A stretch of 64,000 nt of DNA. Source: Phoronis australis. Lineage: Eukaryota > Animalia > Phoronida. The stretch covers positions 2,256-66,255 of the forward strand of contig NMRA01000631.1 of NCBI GenBank assembly GCA_002633005.1. The letters run 5' to 3'. Shown here in pieces: positions 50,705 through 64,000 of the stretch. Positions within the stretch are counted from its first letter, which is position 1, and every line of letters begins with the position of its first letter. Position numbers and translations under genes: made by a program. Under the pieces are notes generated by a model. It was given only the letters and a program-made list of their open reading frames with translations, made no database searches and was not told the DNA's origin.

Positions 50705-50874
50705 CTGCAAAGGGAAACAATGTCACCCGTATGAAACAGGGAAGCGGCACTGACTATCAGAAATGACGTCACTCCTGAAACGAGAAGGGACACTGACAGA
50801 CTGTGCCTACTAAGAAACTCTGTACATGTAGCTTACGTAGTGACAATTTTAACTAAAATTCTGTCTCAGTTGAT

Positions 50875-51017
50875 TTGCCATAAACTATGGTTCCTTATAA
50901 TACTGTCACAGTTTGCCATAAACTATGGTTCCTTATAATACTGTCACAGTTTGCCATAAACTATGGTTCCTGATAATACTGTCACAGTTGCCATAAACTA
51001 TGGTTCCTTATAATACT
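50875..51017. repeat. 38-bp minisatellite, ~3.8 copies
   Basis: TTGCCATAAACTATGGTTCCTTATAATACTGTCACAGT at 50875, 50913, 50951 and 50988. Confidence 0.95.
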
Positions 51018-51020
51018 CGC

Positions 51021-51106
51021 CTTTTCATCTCCTTCAACATATCCAGCATCTTGAAATCCAATTTTCTCTCATCCGACATTTCTGCAAACTTTTCAGGCAT
51101 TTGCAT
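51021..51106 (-). CDS. Uncharacterised coiled-coil protein, exon 1 (GC donor)
   Basis: MQMPEKFAEMSDERKLDFKMLDMLKEMK, ending AAG|GCGAGT in phase 2, which matches exon 2. Confidence 0.65.
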
Positions 51107-52462
51107 TCAAAGATTACGTCATACGTTGTGACGATGTTTCTTGTAGTAATGTCCATTATTACGTAGAAAAAATTACCTGAAGTCGTTTTTTTGTTGTAAC
51201 AATAGGTTACGAAAATTTCAAACTATTGTAATGTGGAGCACAGACTCCTAAATAAAAAGAACAACATCGCCTTATAAAGTAAATCAGTCTTTGTGCATAA
51301 AGCCATTTCGCGCAAAACTCTAGGAAATTTATTTAATTAGATTTTATGCTTTTCGAATCAAATGCTCAAAATTATCCTCAAACGAAATTTAACTTGCAAC
51401 ATTTAGGTTACAAGAGCCTTTGCATTATCAAACAACATTATCTTTATAAAATTTTGTTGCTTCAAAACTTAATAACGATTGACCCTGTCGACTTCTGGCC
51501 GCTTTAACTTGTGAAATTGAGCACAATTACAAGAAATCTAGATAAAAAGATCAGAGATGGGGGCAAGGCTTACAGTTGGCAAAACCCGACAGGCGCCTGG
51601 GTTTTATACAGTGAAAGAAGTTGATATTGGATTCTAAAATACTGTAAGTTGACCAACGTATAGAGACACTTTTGCCAATGGAAATTGTCACCTTTGACAA
51701 AACTGCAGGCTCTTCATCAACCAATAACAAATTTGGAAGACGTACCGTTGCAATTACATGCATTTTACAGCCTCATTCTCATCCAGTGACTGCATCTCAC
51801 ATCTCTTCAATCACAGTCATGACTCAATACATGACATTTCCAAAACAAGCAATAGGCCTACTGTGTAAGATTTACGGAAAACATTTTTTTCGTCCAGAGT
51901 CTGGAAATAATATAATATAATTTTGCATTTAGTGTCGCATAAAACGATGTCATTTGCCTTGATGAAGATTGTGTTCTATTTAAAACAGAAATACTCAGTA
52001 CAATTAAAAGAGACCAGTTTTCTAAAAGTATCAAGAATAAATAAAACCGATCAGTTTTCTTAAAGTTACGATTGATCTTAGAAAAATGCCTAAGCCTGGC
52101 CAACTTCAGAACATCGGTTTCTTAGAAATGGCTGACTGAATTAATATCAAACTTTGCATAAATCAGAAACGAAATGGTAATTCAAAAAAATGTCACTGCG
52201 TTTTTGAGATTTATGTTGAACATTTCTATCAAACGCGATTTGGACATGTTAGACATTTTACTAAAAAACATGGTCACGTGACCTAATAAATAGTATAAAG
52301 TCAAAACTCTAATTCAACAGTCTTTCTACTTTCAGAAAAGTTATACTTTTATAGACTTTGGTTGTATTCAGACTTCTCGATAGCACTAAGATTGTTTAAC
52401 ATTTAATTCTAGGGCGTTACGTTGATTACTGGTGCCATTGTTGCATTGGCTTTACAAAGGCC

Positions 52463-52508
52463 ATGAAAAGCTTCAAGCCAGATATCCGCGGAGTACTAAA
52501 CTTCGATG
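52463..52508 (+). CDS. MCFD2: MCFD2-like EF-hand protein, probable first coding exon
   Basis: MKSFKPDIRGVLNFD, donor G|GTAATT in phase 1; acceptor upstream at 52412. Confidence 0.55.
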
Positions 52509-53526
52509 GTAATTGCATACTATGCGCTGTTAAGTCATGGACTATAGATAAATGTGCAGCTGTATACTGTACTTTTATGGTCCTATCTCATAAACCTGCT
52601 AACGCTGGTGTTTATTGGACGTGTGAGAATGTTAATTAAAGGTAAATAGTTGATTTTGAATTTACATTGACTTAAATTGATTAACATTATAATGATCTCA
52701 AAAATCATATTTGATTGAAATTATGTAGAAGTTCAATTACCAACTGACCTCTCCATATCGTGGTGCTCTTTTCAAAACATTACTTAAGACGAAAAGAATG
52801 ACAACTTCCACCAGAGGAATCTAATTGTATGGACCTCTTAGACTTAGTGCTTACAATCGGGGCAGGGTAAGGATTTTTTCTAAGTTCACAGTCTGCTGAG
52901 TTTGCCTACACCTGCCTACTGACCACATCTGCAGACTGATCGTTCCTGCAGACTGGCCAAAGCGAACAGTGTGTTTCCAAGGTTTCAATTTAACGAGCCC
53001 GACTGGACAGCGTGGGCATTTTAAAGTGGTGTGGGACATTAGAAAAATGTCCAAATTTGGCTAACTTCAGTACATCATATTTTAGTAATGGGATAAGATT
53101 CTATGTTTCATTAACTGTTCTTCAAAACTATTTTTACATTTTTTAGAACGTTCCACTTTTGCACCAACGACTTTTAAATATAGGACTTCTAAGAATTTCA
53201 TGGAAATAGTCTAAAGTTTCATAAAACAAAAAGGAACGATATTTTAAACAACTATTACTAGGTATTTTAGATCTTTGAACTACATTTAAAACATCTTCCC
53301 ACACACGCTTTTCCATAGACTTCACAAGTAGTTTTCAGACTTGTTTCCAACTGCAAAAGGTTGACAAGTATTGCACGGGGTCCTTGAATGAATGTTGTTT
53401 AGTCGTAGTTAATTTAGCTGTAGCTTGGCCTCGAACAACACCGCTAGATATGTGATTAGTATCCAACTAGTCCAAATTGGGCAAAGGAGAGCGGAGTGAC
53501 TAATATTGTAAAGTGGTGTTTTACAG

Positions 53527-53641
53527 ATAAGATTGCCATCTGCGTTCTGCCCATAATACTACTGCAACACTCTGTCATTCATCTGTCATATTCTCATGGA
53601 GGAAACCGTTTCCATGACGAGGCATTAGTTGCTGATGTACA
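53527..53641 (+). CDS. MCFD2: MCFD2-like EF-hand protein, exon with signal-peptide-like segment
   Basis: TTTTACAG|(D)KIAICVLPIILLQHSVIHLSYSHGGNRFHDEALVADV|GTAAGT, phase 1->2. Confidence 0.8.
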
Positions 53642-53947
53642 GTAAGTGAGAGCAAAGTTCGACACCATTAACACCGACGAAAGGCGTTCTCTCATATCTA
53701 CACAACCCGACAACATATTAATAAATATCAAGATGTCTCACAGATTTCGTTGTGAGGTCGTTTTTGAATATGAGTGATTTGCTCGGGTTCACCATAAATT
53801 CAATTGTTCAATCTCTTGTCATGAAACATACAGTGTACAGAACAGCTGTAATCTATTTCGAAACTCCCAACAATTAAGTTTAGATTGATTTTTACCGTAT
53901 GATAATTATGTTATGAAATATTCAATAACTTACTCAATCTGTTTTAG

Positions 53948-54028
53948 ACATATCCAGTCACATTATCCCCAGGATTCGAACGACCTCAGTCAAATGTCAC
54001 AAGAAGAGTTAGAGTTTCATTTCTTCAG
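53948..54028 (+). CDS. MCFD2: MCFD2-like EF-hand protein exon
   Basis: HIQSHYPQDSNDLSQMSQEELEFHFF(R) matches MCFD2 HIMEHL...MSPQELQLHYFK; AG/GT boundaries. Confidence 0.9.
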
Positions 54029-56011
54029 GTAAAATCGCACTTGTTTATGAGTTTTGCTTTTATAGCAAGAAAAATTCACAAACTCGTCTAAAAATCAATC
54101 CACGACGCGAGAAATTCAATTCTATACCCTACCAAACTAACAAACACAATAAGCTTTGTGCATTGTCTTGAAACGATAAAATTTGCACGTCATTAACTGC
54201 CACACACTGAATATCCTGTTGATAGCATCATATTCATGTTTCTTGTTTTGTTTGTAACCACTACTGTTTTCGGTTCAGGTGATTTCAATTAAAAACATTT
54301 TGAAATATCTTCAATTTTTAAATGCTCAATAAAAATATCTTGTCAACGCACCTTGACAGACACTTAAAAAACATTGATTTCACGTTCCGTCTTGTGAATT
54401 TACTTATAGAACCTTTATACAAACAAAATCCAGTTGACAGCCGATAAGTTTTCACAAAACAGGTTTTGCGGGCGGAGGAAAAAAGTTGACTCTACTTCAA
54501 AGAGTCACAAAAGTGTTAACAAACACATGATTACCACGATATGGTTTTACTGGGGCTAACATGCTTTTTTCAGGACTGACAACATTTATTTTACAACGTG
54601 TAGAAGTTTAAAAAACTGCCACAGTCTAATCGTTTCGCAGAAAATATGATTTGTTTCGCAGCAAGCGCAAAACATGTGTAGATCCAATATAAATATCGCG
54701 GAATTTTCAACAAAGCTAGGAGACCTCAAAACAGGGAACAAGTAAAGAACTGTTGTGTTTTCTGCAATGGAATGGAATAAAGCTCGCTCTATGGAACATA
54801 CGGAGGGAGCAAGAGCACCAAATATGCAGTGTGGTAATCCATTCATCTTTGCTCTGCATTTTGAGTGACTGAAAGGATACTTTTACAAATAGCCAAATAG
54901 TATTTGCAAGCACAAAAGTCATGAAAAATGCCTGAGCCTGCAGTGGACATTGTTTAGTTTGGTATGCAGTAGTTCTCGCTCTGCGGGGCATACAGTGAAG
55001 GCTGTGAGAGACTGTCAGCTGAGGAGTGTGAAAATATACGTTCGCCTTGGGCTGCGTTTTAAGTCAAATGTAGTATATTACTACATTCCTATTTACAAAA
55101 CTAACCTTAGAAATCTCGGAATACGAAAACCACCATGCAGTAGAAGCATGGTATTCATATTTCAGACTATTTTTGGGACACCCTGCATATGCGTTACATT
55201 TGTACCATAGAACTGTAGAACGCCTAGTGTTCAATGATCATACCCGGCAGGTAGACCTATTAATCTTACAAGGGCTACACAAGTGAATTCAGTATAAGCG
55301 ACGCACATTTGTCGAACATTCTAGAATATTTTTAAATTTACGTTCATAACGTACGTTAGAAACAATTTAGCATATGTTAAGTAAACTGTTCTCAGAAAAC
55401 AATCCTCGTAAACTATAGCCACTGAAACCTAATACTTCGATTCGAAGGTAACATCCAAACCTCATCCCGTCAGTTGAGTAGGACCATAGAAATATGTTCA
55501 AATTTGGTTAATTTCGTAACAGCATTTTTCGGAAATGGCTTGTCTGATTCACATAAAACTGTCAGATAATGGACTTTGCACACTGTTCTCCAAAACAGTG
55601 TTCCATATTGTTTCTAAAATCTTCCACTTTTGTACGAGGGGCTATGAAAGTAGAATTTAAGAATTTTTATAAAATTGAAAACAACAGGTTTCTTGAGACT
55701 TCATCTTGAAGATTTAGATAAAGCAAAATTTTATCAACCGTCGTTTCACTAAATTTTACTTAAGACATATTCAAGTTATCCAGTTAATGAGAGATTCCAA
55801 CCAAACAATGCAAAAAAAAAAACAAATTTTACAGCTTTTCTACTTTAAAAATGCATTCCGTTTCTGTGTTGAATCAATTTGTAGATATTTGACTGAATGC
55901 ACAAAACTTGTATTTCCGACAATGCGCAAATTGTTCCCTACGATTCGCCTGATGCGCTTTCTCGTGGATTTCGAGAGGACATACTTAACCACCGTATCAA
56001 CCCTCCTTCAG

Positions 56012-56139
56012 GTTGCACGACACCAATAACGATATGAAACTTGATGGGCTGGAAATATTATCAGCCCTCCAACACGACGAGACGTCGTCCCGAGTGGAAA
56101 GTATCATGGATCCAGAGGACCCCATGAAGGCATTCACAG
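56012..56139 (+). CDS. MCFD2: MCFD2-like EF-hand protein exon (EF-hand 1)
   Basis: LHDTNNDMKLDGLEILSALQH...KAFT, phase 2->1. Confidence 0.9.
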
Positions 56140-56430
56140 GTGTGTATCAAGGAAGATTTTTTATAACTGCCGCAAAAACCAGGTTTAGAATCGATGCGCG
56201 TATTTTCTACGACACGTAATCAATGCAAAATCGTGTAAATTGTTTATTGCGACAAAAAATCATTAAAAAACTCCTGGAGAAACAAAATGAAAAGGAATCA
56301 CCAGTTTCAATTCTTTACCATAAATGATCAAAAAATCAGGTCACTGCGACCAGATCCACAAACCAAAAACACAAGAAAAAAGTGTTCTTAAGGGGAGAAG
56401 TGAAACATGGGTTACTTCAATATTTCACAG

Positions 56431-56570
56431 GTATGGTTGATATCATTTTACACGACGATGACAGCGACAGCGACGGATACTTAACCTACGTGGAATATTT
56501 GTCCGCAAGACGTCGTGAGATGGCGCTAGATGCCGAGAGAAGAGAAAGGCACAAAATAAATCAGTTTTGA
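56431..56570 (+). CDS. MCFD2: MCFD2-like EF-hand protein, last exon (EF-hand 2)
   Basis: (G)MVDIILHDDDSDSDGYLTYVEYLSARRREMALDAERRERHKINQF*. Confidence 0.9.
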
Positions 56571-57344
56571 TTGTTAGTCAAAAGTGATGTCACCTTGAAA
56601 ATGATAAATGATGTTGATGTTTTCTTAAAAAGCCAATCAGTATTACAGAATAACATAAGCTAAAAAATAAATTACTTTATTGTCTGCCTAGAATAGTATT
56701 TATTACACCAAGATAATTACATCAACCATGGCAAAGTGTGGTTTAATCTGTAATTACTAAGGGTTTCCAAAGCAACATAGAGAATACACCTGTAGCAAAA
56801 GCAGTACACAAATTATATGAGCATCACTAATAAAATAGATGATGTTCATATTAAAAACAATAACAGGCATCTTCTAAACAATAAAAGGAAATAATGTTTA
56901 CAATCATTTACCAGTCACGCCCTGAATAAAATAACTTTCATAAAAGACCATTATTTACAGAGGTGCATGAATTTTCTTAATCTGTATTTTTGTGGACAGT
57001 TTGACAAAAAAGTACATGTCCCCCATTTTGTGAGCTGATAGATGAACAAACTACTTAGGGTTTCCAAACAGAAAAATAGAAAAAACCTTGCCTAAGGTCT
57101 ACATAGCCTTACACACGGAAAACCAGCATGAGGACTAACAAACCAACATGAGGTCTAACAAACCTTGGCCAAATTCCCACTGTGCAGTAGCAGGTTAGCA
57201 CCATAATGTCAAAGAACTGGGACAAAAATCCACCTGCTTCATATCTCACAAAGGATCTATTACCACATTCATTGTTTTTCTAAATGTATAATGGCTGATT
57301 AAAAGGTTCATTAATTCTGATTCAAGAAATGCTTTTGATCTTCT

Positions 57345-57698
57345 TTGGTAGGAGACTCAGCCAGAACTATTATACAGCTTCCATAGATTGGGATCAGTAA
57401 ATTTACAAGTATGATACAGTACCCTTGGTAGGAGACTCAGCCAGAACTATTATACAGCTTCCATAGATTGGGATCAGTAAATTTACAAGTATGATACAGT
57501 ACCCTTGGTAGGAGACTCTACAAGTATGATACAGTACCCTTGGTAGGAGACTCAGCCAGAACTATTATACAGCTTCCATAGATTGGGATCAGTAAATTTA
57601 CAAGTATGATATAGTAACCTTGGTAGGAGACTCAGCCAGAACTATCAGACTGCTTCCATAGATTGGGATCAGTAAATTTACAAGTATGATAAAGTAAC
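57345..57698. repeat. 80-bp minisatellite: four copies plus one internally deleted 35-bp copy
   Basis: TTGGTAGGAGACTC starts at 57345, 57425, 57505, 57540 and 57620. Confidence 0.95.
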
Positions 57699-58368
57699 TT
57701 TTTAATCACAGCAGATTTCAATATTCTCCCTATTTTCATCATCAGGAATATAACACTGGCCACCCAACAGGGCCACATAATATAAAAATTGATACCCATA
57801 AAAGTATCACATTCACCACACCAATTCTCAGTTCTCAGAACTCTAACTCTGGATACTGAAATGTGAACAAAAGTTGTGTGGAAAATGTAGTGAGCATCTC
57901 TAACAATTCACGTCACGAATTTTAAAATTGCAAAATATCAGTATTCTTAGACCAGTCAACAAAAACAACAGCCCATCAACTCTTTTAGTGTAATGAAAGC
58001 ATGAAATTTACACACACTAAAACCAATCTCAGATTTTAGTGAACAAAACGGGCAGAGTTCATAACAAAAACAAAAAGTAACATCTTTCACCTATGAGTAT
58101 TAGTAAAAAAGCTATTGCGTAAGAGTCATATGAACATTTTGCTATTTTGACATGATGATTGATCGTAAGCGTAGATTCACTATGTTAAATGTTCGTCCCT
58201 ATCAGATGTGCTTGTTGTAATCCAACACAAGATTTGTCATCAAGCAGCAGAGTTTACTTTGATGAAATATCACATTGGACATAAACCATTCAATGTAGAA
58301 GGTGACTGTTGTAAAAAGGTCGATGTTGTCTAGCTTTTGTAACTATGCTTTTCACATTGCTAGTCTCA

Positions 58369-58464
58369 TCAAGACTCTTCATCCGAACTCTCTGGCTCCA
58401 TAGGTTGCAACGGGTCACAAGTGATCAGTAAGCCTTTGTCATATAGTATTGACGCTATTGACAC
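58369..58464 (-). CDS. RIOX1: Ribosomal oxygenase 1 (NO66), last exon
   Basis: VSIASILYDKGLLITCDPLQPMEPESSDEES*. Confidence 0.9.
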   Translation of the reverse strand: MSIASILYDKGLLITCDPLQPMEPESSDEES

Positions 58465-58618
58465 CTAGAGGCAGGTTACACAAGACAACAGACCATTTTC
58501 AATGAACAGAAAAAACATTTCGCTAATATAAGTATGATTTAAGAAGCAACTCAAGATATTGTTTTCAAAATTGGGGATGACTGTACTTCGACAATAAGTT
58601 TTCCGTTAGGCAAAATTG

Positions 58619-59316
58619 GTTGAACACACGACACTTTTCGTTATTAACAATCTTTATTCCGTTCTGTTTGTATCCTCGGAACAAAGTTCAACACTCAACA
58701 GAACATTGGTAAAGCAACTGACCAAGAGATATGATTAAAAGACACACGATAGTTCGAGACATACTTGTTTCATTCTCAAGTGGAAATAAAATGACGCAGT
58801 AACATCACCACATAGCAAAATCTGGAAATATACACAATGGGACATGGCAGGTGTAAAATACTGCAAAGAATGACAAATGAAGGGGGGGGCGGGGGCGGGG
58901 GTAACAGGAAAGTCACACAAACAAGTGTAGCATGCGATGTGACTCTGTTTGCTGCTCATTCAAAACAGGTTTCTTGAATGTATTCAAAAGGGAATCGCAG
59001 CACATCATGCTCTATGTACCGGACTGACGTGTTTTCCACAATTGCTTGACGGGTAATTTTAAGTTCATGACATTGCAGAAAATGTTCTTGGAAGGCGCCA
59101 TTTTGAAGATGCATAGATAGTCGACGGGAAAGACAGCAAACCATTCGGTAGTTTATTTCCACTAGAGAATGAAACAAGCATGTTTCAAAATAGCGTGTCT
59201 TTTAATCATGTCTCTTGGTCAGTTGCTTTACCAAGGTTCTGACGAGTGTCAAACTTTGTTCCGAGGCTACGAACAGAACAAAGATTGTTAACAACGACAA
59301 GTGTCCTGCATTCAAC
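58619..59316. mobile_element. Foldback MITE with ~170-bp inverted repeats in the last RIOX1 intron
   Basis: 58619-58790 is inverted relative to 59152-59316 (GTTGAA...TTCAAC); flanks CAAAATTG / AAAAATTG. Confidence 0.85.
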
Positions 59317-59484
59317 AAAAATTGGGGATGTCAGCATTATTTCGTCTGGTAGAATTTAAATTTTAAGAAAACAAATAGAGTACAAAGACAAAATGTTTTC
59401 TGAAATAATCTTAATGTCCTGATGACAAGACAAGTTTACTGTGAGAAATTGGATTCAGATACCAGTACCAAAAACAACACCCAC

Positions 59485-59571
59485 CTTCTCCTCAATGGTA
59501 TCCAAAGGCAGGTCGTCAATTTTACAAAACTTGGGATAGGTATGCAGTAAGTGTTCCACAGCAGGAGCGGC
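59485..59571 (-). CDS. RIOX1: Ribosomal oxygenase 1 (NO66) exon
   Basis: AAPAVEHLLHTYPKFCKIDDLPLDTIEEK, phase 0->0. Confidence 0.9.
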
Positions 59572-59958
59572 CTATGAGGATAAAATGAATGAGCCACTAA
59601 ACAACGCAAAATCATCTGAATACAAACAGTTCAAATACAGAAGTTCAATAATAACAATGATGAAAAAACAGGCCAAAAAGCAGTTTTGGTTCTACGCCAA
59701 GTAAAGTGGTAACTACAAGGTTTGAGAATACATGACAATAATAAAGTACCATGACAATTGTTAGAAGTCTTGTTGAGAAGATGGATAATTAACAACCAGA
59801 TGTGATCAACCTGTGTTAGCCAAGACCAACTTTTAGTCCACTGTGACTAGTTCATCCATAATTCAACAAAGCATGAGCAAGCAAATGCACCACTGAAGTT
59901 AGCATCAATAAACATTAAAATGTTCTTTTTCTATTCTTTTGTTCCATGATTGTCGTAC

Positions 59959-60179
59959 CTCTTCTGTGATATCAATAAACTGAACATCATTGCCATGATA
60001 AACCCTCGAGTTCTCCAGGATGTGATAGACGCGTACATTTTCTTCCTCCACAAGTCGAAGAGCTCCCTTTCGAATGATCTTGATGGGTGTGTCTGGTTCC
60101 AGTTCTACACTGGCAACGACACGACATTTCTCAGCATGCCACCTTTCACCACAGCCATGGATACTGCATTCTTTTTCAC
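59959..60179 (-). CDS. RIOX1: Ribosomal oxygenase 1 (NO66) exon
   Basis: EKECSIHG...ELEPDTPIKIIRKGALRLV...VYHILENSRVYH..., phase 1->0. Confidence 0.92.
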
Positions 60180-60578
60180 CTGGAACATTAACGAAATAAA
60201 CCAATTATATCAACAAATAATAAAAGTACATGATCGCCTATGTCAAAGTGCTTGCTTTGTATTACACACAAAACGAAAGACAGATAATACTGCTATACTT
60301 CACAAGTCTGTTTTCAAAAAAAAATATTTCGAGGCTTATTGTGTAGCTGATGGTATACTTAGTGAATCTGTTCTTAAATATTGCATTTTTACAAAGACAC
60401 TAAAATCAAATCAGTCATGCTTTGATCACACTAATGACATGAAGACATTACATTCATCTCAACTGATGATTCCATGAACTGCTTGGTACTTCGCGGTACA
60501 GTGCTTAATATAACTGTATGCAACCTTATTTTTATGTAACACAAAACTAAGTAAACACATCCATTGGTGAAGACATAC

Positions 60579-60720
60579 TTTCAGAGAGGGCTGGAGGGAG
60601 ACTGTCATGGATGTAGCCAACAGCCATCTGATCACAAGCGCCATCTACTGGAGCATGGGATAACAACTTGGTGAACAAATTCCCAATCTTCTTTAAGAAG
60701 GCAGTCCTCTCAGGGCTCTC
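60579..60720 (-). CDS. RIOX1: Ribosomal oxygenase 1 (NO66) exon
   Basis: ESPERTAFLKK...APVDGACDQMAVGYIHDSLPPALSE, phase 0->1. Confidence 0.9.
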
Positions 60721-61147
60721 CTTAGTAACAAATCAAAAACAACAAAAATGGTTATCCATGTAATTAAGATAACAAAAAGTTTAGAAGATACACTAATTGT
60801 GCATAAAACTGTTAATGCACAAGAAGTCAGGGCACATTCACAACACTCAAAATGCTCCTAACAACTGAATGATAAAGCATAAAACGTTACCTAAAGTCAC
60901 ATTAAATGCCATGTTAATGGAATCGTTTAATGCTTCTGAAGTCAAGCCCTATGGCATTGTAATACCACTGGTCAGTAACTCTAACTAAACGTAAGAACGA
61001 AAGACACCACTAAATAAAAGTCAGCAACTGCCTCTGCCTTCTTGGGCAAAACTCCATTTAATCAAGTCACTGACAGAATATGTGACTTTTACATACACAA
61101 GCTCTAAGAAGCAGCACCGAGAAAAAACTAGAACTTCTCTGACTCAC

Positions 61148-61252
61148 CGAGTCCTGATTAGCCACGCCCATATAATTCAAGTAGTCGCGGGGAAGGGCCT
61201 GGCGAAATTCAATGTCTTCCTCAAAGGCGACCTGAACAGCAGCGGGTAAAAG
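61148..61252 (-). CDS. RIOX1: Ribosomal oxygenase 1 (NO66) exon
   Basis: LLPAAVQVAFEEDIEFRQALPRDYLNYMGVANQDS. Confidence 0.92.
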
Positions 61253-61438
61253 CTGTCAATCAAAGAAACATTCATTAAAAGACAAACCATGAAAGAGATG
61301 ATGTACCAAGAAGACTAATTTCTATTATATACAACAATTTTTGAACAACACTTCAAAATTTCGAATCCACAACTGACCATTCTCAGCACACAAAATAAAG
61401 TGAATAATTGAATGAAGCAATAAATGGCTCTAGTTCAC

Positions 61439-61522
61439 CTTTTCCAACAGATCTCCCCAAGTATTTTTCTGGCACGTAGACACAGTGATGTGTAAGGAGT
61501 GGGCATCTTCAGGCGTGTCACC
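61439..61522 (-). CDS. RIOX1: Ribosomal oxygenase 1 (NO66) exon
   Basis: GDTPEDAHSLHITVSTCQKNTWGDLLEK. Confidence 0.92.
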
Positions 61523-62260
61523 CTACAAGTGTAACAAATGCAGGTTATGAGAACAACACAAGTCCAGAAACAGAATACACGTGTAAACTCTTAAAGTACT
61601 GGTTGCAGATTGATCAACTACAAACTTGTTTCCCAGTGCCAGACCATATAATTTTCCAACTTTCCTAGAATTGAGTTAATGTTCCTCGTAGCCCATTATG
61701 ACATTATGGATTGAATGGAGTTCACTGACTGTTGCAACTGGTGGATTCACTATCAATTCAATGACTAGTGTCATGTTTGACATTTTTGCTTGACCTAATC
61801 TCATACTGCTAAACAATGATTACAAGTTACACAATGAAAATGGTTTTATCGGCAAAATTTTTTTCTGATATTAGCACCAGTGTGAAATGAAACACAGAGC
61901 CCTTACGAACACAGTCAAATGTTCTTCTGGCTAAGATAAATCCCACTCTAGATAAATGGCAGTGTATTCTAGCATATTTAACTGGTAAATTCACTCGGCA
62001 GCCTCGATTTCAGCAAATGGCTGATAGACGATGGCGAGAATTTGTAATTTTGTCAATATTCAATGAGAACTGCAAACTGTTACTCTTCTGGTAATCTTAG
62101 TTTACTGTAAAACTTTGATAAAAAGTCAGCACTCAGGTATGTTACCATAAAGAATGCAGAACTCTTTATTCACAGAGTCCTGCTTTCCCTAAAATTCCAA
62201 AATGTGTTCTATTTTAACTGAAATCAATGCCAACAGAGGTCATTAGTGTCAGACAAATAC

Positions 62261-62393
62261 CTGATGAATGACCCCTCTAGGAAAGTATAACAGGTCACCA
62301 GCTTCAAGGATGACATTTAATATAGGCTCTCCTAAATCATCGTCAGGACCAAAGTTTTTGCTCGAATGCTTCGGCAAGGTTTCCGCATCACTT
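62261..62393 (-). CDS. RIOX1: Ribosomal oxygenase 1 (NO66) exon (JmjC distal His)
   Basis: [25 protein letters not shown]. Confidence 0.95.
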
Positions 62394-62953
62394 CTGAAAA
62401 TGTGTTAAACCATTTTTCAAGACAAGAACCACTTTAATATTTCTTGCAGATTAAACATCATGTTACTCAAGAGATATCACCTAAGATGCAATCATGTCAA
62501 ATTGAACAAAAATCTCCATTGTTTTTAAATGTGAAAAAGTACACATCTGAAACTCACTTCAAATTTTCAGTGTGATGGAAGGTGAGAGTTTTAAGTGAAT
62601 GGCACAAGTTTTTTATTTACATTTCCACAAAGAATTCTTCACATGGATGAATGATTATGTCCACAATGTAAATATATACGCCTCACTACTTTACTAACTC
62701 AGTTGCAGTAAACCCCACGGAACCTACTTTTCTATTATTAGCAAAGGCCAGTAGATGTGCTTCCTCACACATGTCATCATTAGTTTACAGAAACCTTGAT
62801 CTAATGTGCATAGGCCTAGGCAGGAAACAAATTCAGACAGGGTAAAGACCAAGGCACAGACCCAGGCAGGACACAGATTCAGGCAGAGTACAGACCAAGG
62901 GAGGGCAGACACCCAAGCACGACAGACACAAAGGCAGGCCACATACCCATTCA

Positions 62954-64000
<1,047 letters not shown>

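Noticed and set aside
59950-60477. 175-aa plus-strand ORF
   Set aside because: Antisense to a RIOX1 exon and intron, with no recognisable motif.

Overview
AT-rich, intron-containing, repeat-rich genomic DNA from an invertebrate animal (inferred; no prokaryotic features). Five genes can be assembled by hand from splice signals and reading phase. (1) A complete 5-exon, 205-aa minus-strand gene (24486->8164) for a protein of two tandem muconolactone-isomerase-like domains, including a 28-nt microexon; most of it is missing from the ORF track. (2) A single-coding-exon, 590-aa FKRP/fukutin-like LicD-family protein (36189->34417). (3) An unrecognised coiled-coil gene with a GC-AG first intron (51106->~47879). 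(4) An MCFD2-like EF-hand gene (52463->56570). (5) The 3' eight exons of RIOX1/NO66 (63071->58369). The rest is mostly mobile DNA: Tc1/mariner, Gypsy, L1/Tx1, CR1, Penelope, Harbinger and THAP remnants, many MITEs, Helentron-like tandem units and minisatellites. The best leads are a complete tRNA-derived-LTR mini-retrotransposon (Helenus-type TRIM, 23617-24135, GAAG TSD), the animal tandem MIase-like gene, a possible 2.7-kb composite transposon bracketed by two MITEs that share one TSD, and a GC-rich, possibly viral insert inside a Harbinger end. Single Ns at 28431, 38170, 39984 and 63550 mark probable assembly joins. All family assignments come from motif recognition; no database search was run.
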